A stretch of 64,000 nucleotides of DNA, from contig CALRAI010000001.1 in assembly GCA_943350635.1 (NCBI GenBank), positions 4,051 through 68,050 of the forward strand, written 5' to 3'. Positions 56,421-64,000 of this stretch are shown piece after piece. The stretch's first letter is position 1. Each line of letters starts with the position of its first letter. Source of the stretch: Candidatus Uhrbacteria bacterium. Lineage in GTDB: Bacteria > Patescibacteriota > Patescibacteriia > UBA9934. The notes below the pieces were generated by a model. It was not told the origin of the DNA. It worked only from the letters and a program-made list of their open reading frames with translations, and did no database searches. Made by a program: the position numbers and the translations under genes.

Positions 56421-59147
56421 TCATTCCTGTGCGTCTGCGACCTCGATACCCGTCATCCATCCCGAGGAAATAGGGAGCCCGATAGTGATACTGGGATCAT
56501 GATTGTGCCACACCTTATGCTCCACTTGGCGAAATGTTTCGAGGGTGATGGGTTTTTCAGGATTGTGTTCGCTGACCGTACTCAGAAACTTGCTGTCAAC
56601 ATTTTCGACGCCACCACCAAATGCCAATGCATCGTCGTTCGCGGCAGTAATAAGAATCATTCCTGCTGTATCAACATTGCTCATGCGGAGAAAACGAAGA
56701 AGATGTTCGGCAAAATCATATCCAGAACATCCTCCAAGAAATAGTCGAAGATTCGGTGCGTTCTGAGAGCGACGAAGTGCTTCTCCAAGTTCTGCTGCGC
56801 TAATAAAGGAGTCGTCGTCAAGATAAAATTTATCGGTTGTTCCATGTCCATCAAGCACAATGGTCGCGCTTCCGGTATGCACGCGACTGATCGCGTCGAG
56901 AAGTGCGCGTTTCTGTACTGATCCCTTGCCGGAATACAAAACATTTTTTGCATCTCCTCCATGCCGAACAAGGAGCTGATCGATGATCGCTTGGGTATTG
57001 AATCGCGTTTCTTCGCCAGCGCCAACAATGAGCTTGGTGTTTGGGCCAAAGATTTCTGTATGTTTTACGGCATTCCACTGTGAGTCGATGTCCCGTATTG
57101 CTCTTGCAATATTTTCATCAGTGACGAGGAGCTGGAGGTCGATCAGTCGTCGAAACGTGGCTTGTGCCATCGAACACAGATTGACGAATGAAACGGTGCC
57201 GTCGGCATGCGAATCAATATATGTATTGAACGATGGCGATGTCACGATGGTTTCGAACGCAAGCATGGGAATCGTAATGAATTGCTCACCCGAAATTGCG
57301 GGTTTTTTGTCGGTTGCAGCCACGGCGGTTTTCAGTTGATGATGGTAATTCATCCCATGCACATCCTCAAGAATTTCCGGCGTAAATCGCATGCCCTTGT
57401 GCGCCATCGATTCAGCAGTTTTTGCATAGGTCACTGTGTCTTGTTCAATATTCGTTGCATGCACCTTGAGGGCATCCCATTGCTCCGGTGTCACTGCAGT
57501 TTTCCAAGTGGAGAGGGTGGATTCCGATGTATTTTCATTATCACGAACCCATGTTGCATACGCATACGGTTGCGCCTCTTCCAGGGTATAGAGCAGAAAA
57601 TATGCATCGACGTTATGCGTACGTCGCAAAAGATCACCAAGACTCAGTGCATCGGCAAAATTGTCCTTGGCGAGTGTGGAAAGAACGAGTCGGTTATCGT
57701 CTTGTGTAAAATGCTCTAATGGAAAATCCTTGTACGGCAGTATCTTTCCGTTGTGTGCTTGCGCAAACATCAACGCTTGCTTTTTGAGGGGTATAGACCG
57801 ATCGAAGGAGGAACTGCGTTTTTCAAAAATGAGCGAGAGTGCAGCCGAAGAATAGGAAGGATCGGTAACGGTGCCCAATATCCATTGGAGCTTAAGCTCA
57901 TCTTCATCGGGCAATCCTTTAAATAAAGAATGGGTGAACCGCGCATCCTGCCAGGAATTGTTGGCAGTTACTGGTCGGGTCCACATTCTTCTTGCAATGA
58001 TATTGCGTGCGGCAGTCTCGCGGTACGGCAGAAGTTCTGGGGAAGAATACTCATTAAAAACTTCTAAAAAAACGAGCGGATTATATTCGGAGGAATAGGC
58101 AAGTCCTCGACGAATGCCAGAAAATTGCTGAATATTTTCTGGTGTAAGAATTCGAGGATTGATTTCGGTAAGATTATTGGTAAGTATTTCAAAATACGCA
58201 TCATTCACGAGTATCTTGAGCTCGGTACGTTCGGCGCTGGTGAAGGGAATCTCCAGTTCGTCCGACTGTTTCCAATAGCCAATAGTCCAGAGTGGGGCTT
58301 TTATGGAAGCATGTCGAAGAAGCTCCATACGCTTCTTTCCAGAAGTGAAGGATGAAAAAATGGTTGTTTCCGATTGTATACTTCGTAAAGCATATTCAGG
58401 AATTTCCGCGGCACAGGTATCAAGGAAACGATCCCATCCGTATGCCTGCGCGATGACTTTTTGCATGGTCGACGAGGTATGAGCAATATCCGCGACGCCT
58501 TGTAGCGATTCTGGGGATTCGGTGATTGCATGAACGGTGGCATCGATAAGAATGCGTTCACGTTCTTTTGGGTTGGAGATAGCAAGGCTGAATGATTCTT
58601 GCGTGCGCCACCATGCTTCCAGGAATTTGAGAGGATGCTCGGTGGATTCAAGAAGAATTGCTTGTCGAAGCAGTGTTTCCGTTTCAGGCATGAGCGCACC
58701 TTGATACCAATAGTGTTCAAATACATTGTGATGCATCGTATCCATCGATGCTTCGATTGCGGAAAAAACATACGGATCAGTAACGTCGAGGTCAACAAAA
58801 ATATCGCGAGACGTAGAATTGGGATCCATGGACTGTATCGCGCTGGAGAGCGCGGGTTGCCCCCAAAAAATATCGGCACGCAAGAAATCGGACGTGTGAT
58901 GAATGAAATCGTGGGGAAATTTTTTCGCAAGAAACTGTGCAATCTTTTCTGCTTCGGGATCCATTGCCCATTCCGGTATATGTTCAAGAAGCTGTTGCGT
59001 GGCGTATGCGTCGTGCTTCTGTGCCTCCTGAAAATACAATGCCGTGGGAAACGTGCTTGCTTCAGCGGGGTGCGACGCTATGCCAACATTGATTCCTAAG
59101 CCAACGGCGGCGCCCATTATAGTGTTGCGAAGCTTCATATTGGCCAA
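56421..59147 (-). CDS. Large secreted protein with C-terminal clan CD (caspase-like) peptidase domain
   Basis: Signal peptide (AEA); IVLDGHG and LFLGGCSG His/Cys dyad. Confidence 0.7.
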   Translation of the reverse strand: MANMKLRNTIMGAAVGLGINVGIASHPAEASTFPTALYFQEAQKHDAYATQQLLEHIPEWAMDPEAEKIAQFLAKKFPHDFIHHTSDFLRADIFWGQPALSSAIQSMDPNSTSRDIFVDLDVTDPYVFSAIEASMDTMHHNVFEHYWYQGALMPETETLLRQAILLESTEHPLKFLEAWWRTQESFSLAISNPKERERILIDATVHAITESPESLQGVADIAHTSSTMQKVIAQAYGWDRFLDTCAAEIPEYALRSIQSETTIFSSFTSGKKRMELLRHASIKAPLWTIGYWKQSDELEIPFTSAERTELKILVNDAYFEILTNNLTEINPRILTPENIQQFSGIRRGLAYSSEYNPLVFLEVFNEYSSPELLPYRETAARNIIARRMWTRPVTANNSWQDARFTHSLFKGLPDEDELKLQWILGTVTDPSYSSAALSLIFEKRSSSFDRSIPLKKQALMFAQAHNGKILPYKDFPLEHFTQDDNRLVLSTLAKDNFADALSLGDLLRRTHNVDAYFLLYTLEEAQPYAYATWVRDNENTSESTLSTWKTAVTPEQWDALKVHATNIEQDTVTYAKTAESMAHKGMRFTPEILEDVHGMNYHHQLKTAVAATDKKPAISGEQFITIPMLAFETIVTSPSFNTYIDSHADGTVSFVNLCSMAQATFRRLIDLQLLVTDENIARAIRDIDSQWNAVKHTEIFGPNTKLIVGAGEETRFNTQAIIDQLLVRHGGDAKNVLYSGKGSVQKRALLDAISRVHTGSATIVLDGHGTTDKFYLDDDSFISAAELGEALRRSQNAPNLRLFLGGCSGYDFAEHLLRFLRMSNVDTAGMILITAANDDALAFGGGVENVDSKFLSTVSEHNPEKPITLETFRQVEHKVWHNHDPSITIGLPISSGWMTGIEVADAQE

Positions 59148-59155
59148 AATTCTCC

Positions 59156-59884
59156 TTACAGTGTTTTACTCACTAACGTTCCAACACTTTCTCCATTCAC
59201 AATCCGTTGAATATTTCCCTTGGTGAGCAAGTCGAACACGCGAATCGGCAATCCGTTATCCATTGCAAGGGAAACGGCGGCGTTGTCCATAACGCAAATA
59301 TTTTCGTCGCGAATGGCGTCGAGATGCGAGATGGATTCGAGCTTTACAGCATCGGTATGTTTGTTGGGATCTTTGGAATACACGCCATCGACTTTCGTGG
59401 CTTTTAACACGATGCCGCATCCCAGCTCCAGCGCCGTCGATACTGCAGCAGTGTCGGTTGTTACGTATGGATTCCCTGTGCCACCACCAACAATAACAAT
59501 GCGACCTTTCTCCAAATGACGAATTGCACGACGACGGATAAACGGTTCGGCAACCACATCAATCTTGATTCGTGTCTGCAGACGCGCCGGTTGGCCAAAA
59601 TGCTCAAGAATGTCCACGAGCGCCATACCATTCATGACTGTGGCGAGCATTCCCATGTAATCTGCAGTTGCACGTTCAATCATCACTTCATTTTTCGACA
59701 GCGTTGCACCACGAAGAAAGTTTCCTCCACCAACAACGATCACAATCTGTGCGCCAGTGGTTTTGACCACGGTGTGAAGCTCCTCGGCAAGTCCAAGAAG
59801 AAAATCCGTATCTATGCCAAATTTTTGTGCGCCCGCGAACTGCTCACCGGAAAGTTTGAGGAGAATACGTTGGGGGGATTTCAT
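59156..59884 (-). CDS. pyrH: UMP kinase
   Basis: LLKLSGE, VGGGNF.RG, DYMGMLAT, TTDTAA. Confidence 0.97.
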   Translation of the reverse strand: MKSPQRILLKLSGEQFAGAQKFGIDTDFLLGLAEELHTVVKTTGAQIVIVVGGGNFLRGATLSKNEVMIERATADYMGMLATVMNGMALVDILEHFGQPARLQTRIKIDVVAEPFIRRRAIRHLEKGRIVIVGGGTGNPYVTTDTAAVSTALELGCGIVLKATKVDGVYSKDPNKHTDAVKLESISHLDAIRDENICVMDNAAVSLAMDNGLPIRVFDLLTKGNIQRIVNGESVGTLVSKTL

Positions 59885-59951
59885 AGCAAAAGTGTAGCAT
59901 AAAAACCGAATCGGCTGCGCTTTTGGCGCAGCCGTCGTGTAGCCCGTATGG

Positions 59952-60605
59952 CTAGTTCGCAAGGAGGATTACGATGGTGTCGTCCGGAATGACGGCGCCA
60001 AGCGTTGGTTTCCCAACCGGCAGCTCTGCCAAAGGCGGGCTTCCCATACGTTCATGCGTTTCTGCGGTAACCCGTACAAAGCACATTTCTCCCTGCATTC
60101 TGCAACCACCCACGTTGCGCTCGCGAGGTACCCCCGTTTTCTGTATGGGGCAGCAACACGTTGCCTCCCACACGTGTTGGGGGAGCTGGTTGTACCGAAC
60201 GGGTTTCATGTTCGCTCGCCAGCCCACAGTCATTGCTGCGCCGTTGATGGTGGTGGCGAGAATATTCTTTTCGCGGTGGTGCCCGAGAATCGCGCGGTAC
60301 AGACGGAGTCCCACATGAGGATGGCTTCCGTTTCCCGCCTGGGCCGATCCTCGAACGCTGGGGTGCACCCATACCGCTCCGAACTCGTACCAGTTGTCGG
60401 CAGTGAGTGGCTCGATTGCGCCGTGACCGACGATCTCATCGCCACGAAGCGCGATGGCAGAGAGTCCCTGTTCCCAGAAGCTGAAGAGCTCGTCCACGGT
60501 TTTGGGGAGAAGCGGCTGCATCGTCGTTCCGTTCACGACGATGTGTGACGACGATGTGGCTGCAGCAACCACAGAGAGAAGTTCGCGAATGTGAATGCTG
60601 TTCAT
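59952..60605 (-). CDS. GNAT-like acetyltransferase
   Basis: IVGHGAI, EFGAVWVHPSVRG...VGLRL. Confidence 0.7.
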   Translation of the reverse strand: MNSIHIRELLSVVAAATSSSHIVVNGTTMQPLLPKTVDELFSFWEQGLSAIALRGDEIVGHGAIEPLTADNWYEFGAVWVHPSVRGSAQAGNGSHPHVGLRLYRAILGHHREKNILATTINGAAMTVGWRANMKPVRYNQLPQHVWEATCCCPIQKTGVPRERNVGGCRMQGEMCFVRVTAETHERMGSPPLAELPVGKPTLGAVIPDDTIVILLAN

Positions 60606-60649
60606 TGTGCCTCGTAAGGAGAAATGGGGGTTATGAATCTTTGCACAAA

Positions 60650-60768
60650 CAAAAAAGCGACCAAGGTTTCCCGTAGTCGCTCTGCTGCAATACGCAACGT
60701 TAAGCGCTAAGGGAAATTCCCTTGCACTTCTTTCCGTCGAAACGTATTACGCTATTGTTCATACGCAT
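60650..60768 (-). promoter_or_regulatory. Putative attenuator (leader peptide plus terminator)
   Basis: 22-aa ORF at 60768-60700, then a hairpin and U-tract upstream of the GNAT gene. Confidence 0.5.
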
Positions 60769-60829
60769 CAAATAAACCATATCAAGAATTCTTGTGTCAA
60801 GTGTTTCTGTGCGTTATGGTTGTTCATAT

Positions 60830-61705
60830 ATGATCTCGAACGAGGAACGTATTCTCAAAATTCATGGAGTGCTCCCGGCGCCATCGGTGACGATTATTGG
60901 TGGCACGCATGGGAATGAACGAACGGGAATTGAGGTTGTGCGCAAGCTTCAGGATGAAATTTCTTCTGGCAAACGGGTCGTTGCTGGTGGAACACTTACG
61001 CTTATTCTTGGAAATCCGCTTGCGATTGAAAAAAATGTTCGCGCAATTGATGGACGTGATTTGAATCGATATTTTTCTGCAACGATGCTCGCTGCGGACG
61101 ACGGAAGCGAAGAATTTCGTCGCGCAGGAATTCTCGCAAGCCACATTCGAACTTCCGATATTGTTATTGATATTCATGCAACGAACAAACCATCTGTTCC
61201 ATTCGTGGCATCAAAGAACGACGAAGCACATCGCAACGTATTTCGATGGTTCCATCCGCAATGCGTGCTCACGGACCCGCACTATATTTTTGGCGGGGGA
61301 GTGCCGGTAACAATTGACGAGTACGCCGACAGTCTTGGAAAGATTGGCTTGTGTTTTGAAACGGGTTGGGTGGGAGACGAAACAATGATTCCAGCGGTAT
61401 ACGATTCTGTGGTTCGGTATTGCACTTCGATTGGAATCTTTGCTCCTGCTGAAGACGCTGCTCCAACAATAGACTCAGTGATCTACGAAATTACTGCAGC
61501 AGTTCTGCGTAACGATCTTCCATTTGTGTTCGCTGAAGGTCGTGGGTTGCGGTCATTTGAAAAAATTAGTGCAACTGAAGTTGTGGGATATCACGGAAAC
61601 GATCCGGTGTATGCGGAGAGCGACGGTGTGATTATTTTTCCAAAACTTCCTGAGCATCAACACGTTGGGAAGCCGGTGTGTTACGTGGCAAAAAAAATCA
61701 CTTAG
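60830..61705 (+). CDS. Succinylglutamate desuccinylase/aspartoacylase family (M14-like)
   Basis: GGTHGNE, DLNR.F, IDIHA, FETG. Confidence 0.9.
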   Translation: MISNEERILKIHGVLPAPSVTIIGGTHGNERTGIEVVRKLQDEISSGKRVVAGGTLTLILGNPLAIEKNVRAIDGRDLNRYFSATMLAADDGSEEFRRAGILASHIRTSDIVIDIHATNKPSVPFVASKNDEAHRNVFRWFHPQCVLTDPHYIFGGGVPVTIDEYADSLGKIGLCFETGWVGDETMIPAVYDSVVRYCTSIGIFAPAEDAAPTIDSVIYEITAAVLRNDLPFVFAEGRGLRSFEKISATEVVGYHGNDPVYAESDGVIIFPKLPEHQHVGKPVCYVAKKIT

Positions 61706-62577
61706 GACAAAACGCGCATGGACGGCACTGCCCAGCCGTAGCGAGATTCCAATACTTCGAGTTCACGGATTGGAGTGTGTGTTCCATGTGGTCCGGAGGA
61801 AACCCAGCCCTCGTCCTCAAGCGCGCGCATACGCTTCCATGGTTTGCGCAAATCAGCATTGGAAGCAAGAAGGGGAACATCAAAATCATGACAGCCAAGC
61901 TCTTCCGGAACATCGGCGTCATAAATATTCCCAGCAGTCAGGCAACGCCACTTTGCGGATGCGCAGAGCTGCTCGTAGAGCCGACCTTCGTTGGAATGTT
62001 TTTTGAAATACGGTTCGTCTTTCCAGCCAGCATCGGCGGAGGTTGTACGACCAACTCCGTATGAAAGCCGAACGGTGATAGGAAGAAATGGTTCGTGAAG
62101 CTTTGCCTTTTCTTGTAAGAATGCGCGGGTGGCAGTGGCATCTTTTTCCGACGGCGCAACACCGAACGAAATGCTTTTCCCTTTTTTGGTCATGCCGTGC
62201 AAATGCCAATGTGGTGGAAGCTGGGAAGCGCGCGCATAGCCAGCGCCATTTCCCATAACCACAACGGGAAATTCCTTAGTGACACGGAAACCAATCCAGG
62301 TACTGATTGGGAATCGCTGATATATCCATGGAAAACGTACGCCCCAAGAAATAGAAATATCTCCAGTAGTTTGATCAAGGCGAATAACACGTGGGCGGTA
62401 GGCAATACCAAATGAGAGGGCGGCGATAACTGCACACCATAGGGTAGGTAGTAGCACGAATCGTTCTTGCGCGAGAAGAAAAATAACAGGAAGACCGAGC
62501 GCCATGAGTCCAATAGCCAAGAACGGCATGAAGACGGGGACGATAATTCGCGTGCTCAGAATACGGGTATTTTTCAC
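61702..62577 (-). CDS. Membrane hypothetical protein (start uncertain)
   Basis: Two N-terminal TM helices; GTG start overlapping the upstream stop. Confidence 0.6.
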   Translation of the reverse strand: MKNTRILSTRIIVPVFMPFLAIGLMALGLPVIFLLAQERFVLLPTLWCAVIAALSFGIAYRPRVIRLDQTTGDISISWGVRFPWIYQRFPISTWIGFRVTKEFPVVVMGNGAGYARASQLPPHWHLHGMTKKGKSISFGVAPSEKDATATRAFLQEKAKLHEPFLPITVRLSYGVGRTTSADAGWKDEPYFKKHSNEGRLYEQLCASAKWRCLTAGNIYDADVPEELGCHDFDVPLLASNADLRKPWKRMRALEDEGWVSSGPHGTHTPIRELEVLESRYGWAVPSMRVLS

Positions 62578-62819
62578 AGCGACGTTGTATGATGTTGTAA
62601 TTTTTTTATTGTGCGCACCGTTTGCACAATGAACACCACCGCATACCCGATCCACACGCAATAGCGAATATCCAAACTGACAGGAATACTCGTTCCCTCC
62701 GCGAATGCCCGAACGCCTTCATACAGCAAAAGTATGCCGATAAAAACCGGAAGGGAATAGAATATTCCATACACATAGGACCTGACGAGAGCGGTGACGA
62801 CATGCCTGAACGTCTTCAT
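62574..62819 (-). CDS. Small membrane protein
   Basis: Two hydrophobic helices; GGAGA RBS. Confidence 0.55.
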   Translation of the reverse strand: MKTFRHVVTALVRSYVYGIFYSLPVFIGILLLYEGVRAFAEGTSIPVSLDIRYCVWIGYAVVFIVQTVRTIKKLQHHTTSL

Positions 62820-62843
62820 AGGTCATTCTCCGGGAAAAATCGC

Positions 62844-63308
62844 CTAGGATGATGCGAGCGCATTGTTCAGCGCATCAGCGAATGGTTGTCCATAAAGCAC
62901 TTTTCCATTGTCGCCGCGATATCCAAAGCCAACGCCCATACCTTGCGGGCTCTTCCCAATGTGATAATCGATGATGCAGTTACTGGTTCGGTGCCCAACC
63001 ACGATTCTGGCGCGTTCATTGCCATTGCGAGTTATGAACACTGGTGTTCCGTGGTTGGACGCAATGCCGATCTTTTCGGTGGTAATGGTGATGCGTGTGA
63101 CAATGGGAATCGTAAGTCCCAATACGCCAAAGCCAATGAACACGAGACCGAGAACAGTCAAACAGAGCATAACGATGATGGAGCCGAGCTCGTTGGTAAC
63201 TGAGGTAATAGTGAGAACGATACCTCCGATTCCAGCGGGAATGAGAAAAATTGCCGGCAGAAGCCGATGGCTCCAATATTCCCGTGGCGAGCGAGTGAAT
63301 GTCGTCAT
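62844..63308 (-). CDS. Membrane hypothetical protein
   Basis: Two TM helices plus PH-like beta region. Confidence 0.6.
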   Translation of the reverse strand: MTTFTRSPREYWSHRLLPAIFLIPAGIGGIVLTITSVTNELGSIIVMLCLTVLGLVFIGFGVLGLTIPIVTRITITTEKIGIASNHGTPVFITRNGNERARIVVGHRTSNCIIDYHIGKSPQGMGVGFGYRGDNGKVLYGQPFADALNNALASS

Positions 63309-63314
63309 ACGCGA

Positions 63315-64000
63315 TTATTTCGCATAGCCAGAAACATAGACCATAAGATATGTTCCGTCTGCGAGTTTTGCTACGGTAGAGTCTTGAAGATATCCGCTTC
63401 CGTCTGTTGCAGTCGGCGATGCATCGAGCGCAACGTCCGATGCGGTCCACGTTGATCCATCAACGCTCGTGAAAGACCGAATATTCTTTTCGCTCATGAG
63501 GGAAAAGCCGAACATACGCCAAATGGAATTTTCGATGAGTGGATTGGAGAGGAAATAGCCTGAGCGATTGAGTGATATTGGTGTTGATGCGGAAAGGGTA
63601 AATGTTGCCCCATCAAGCGACGTGGCATGGTATTGGGAAGGTTTACTTGGATCAGCATTAATCACGATCATGTGCCAGACGCCATCAACAAGCATGGTTG
63701 TAGAGTCGATGACGCTGATTGCGCTGGCGAGCGCATGACCCTTGTAGGTGAATGTGATTCCATCGGTGCTGTCTGCATATGAAATGCCAAGAGTCTGAGA
63801 CTTCTGAGGAACGTTATCGGTAAAATACATTCGAATCGTTCCGTCGTCGCGGATCACTACATCCGGATCGCTTGGAGGACGAGTAGATGGCCAGTTTTTG
63901 TAGGTAAGGAATTGATAGGTCCATGTGGCACCATTGTCCTGAGACACGGCCACCGCGGTGGTTTCTTTTCCGGTTTCTATTCCTTGCCCGATGTAATACA
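63315..64000 (-). CDS. Beta-propeller glycoside hydrolase-like protein (5' partial)
   Basis: Repeated A.S.DG.TW/F Asp-box-like motifs; DPDVV, RMYF. Confidence 0.7.
   Translation of the reverse strand, partial: YYIGQGIETGKETTAVAVSQDNGATWTYQFLTYKNWPSTRPPSDPDVVIRDDGTIRMYFTDNVPQKSQTLGISYADSTDGITFTYKGHALASAISVIDSTTMLVDGVWHMIVINADPSKPSQYHATSLDGATFTLSASTPISLNRSGYFLSNPLIENSIWRMFGFSLMSEKNIRSFTSVDGSTWTASDVALDASPTATDGSGYLQDSTVAKLADGTYLMVYVSGYAK

Overview
Bacterial chromosome segment, translation table 11, most likely Patescibacteria/CPR (Parcubacteria-like); this is inferred from gene content. The housekeeping backbone includes recR, ybaB, dnaB, murD, murE, ftsE, ftsX, HU, rpmB, rplU, pyrH, an HtrA-like protease and four tRNAs (Lys-TTT, Thr-CGT, Gly-CCC, Gln-TTG). 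Two islands are integrated at tRNA 3' ends. Island 1 (9013-20013, tRNA-Lys, 30-bp att duplication) is a capsid-less int/xis/rep element with membrane and secreted cargo plus a Mesh1-like HD hydrolase. Island 2 (35121-43510, tRNA-Gln, 18-bp att duplication) is decayed but holds a complete diversity-generating retroelement (DGR): target gene with VR, TR, Avd and RT, with 18 of 18 TR/VR differences at TR adenines. Three observations stand out. (1) The inferred 5' ends of RT and avd overlap head-to-head across one (TC)20 microsatellite. Both are out of frame at n=20 and both are restored at n=19 or 22, a candidate single phase-variation switch for the DGR. (2) A ~140-nt structured RNA with covarying stems, GNRA loops and a possible pseudoknot occurs once in each island, upstream of envelope-protein genes. 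(3) The island-2 ParB-methyltransferase shows an apparent clustered G-to-A hypermutation signature. All family calls come from motif recognition by eye; no searches were run.
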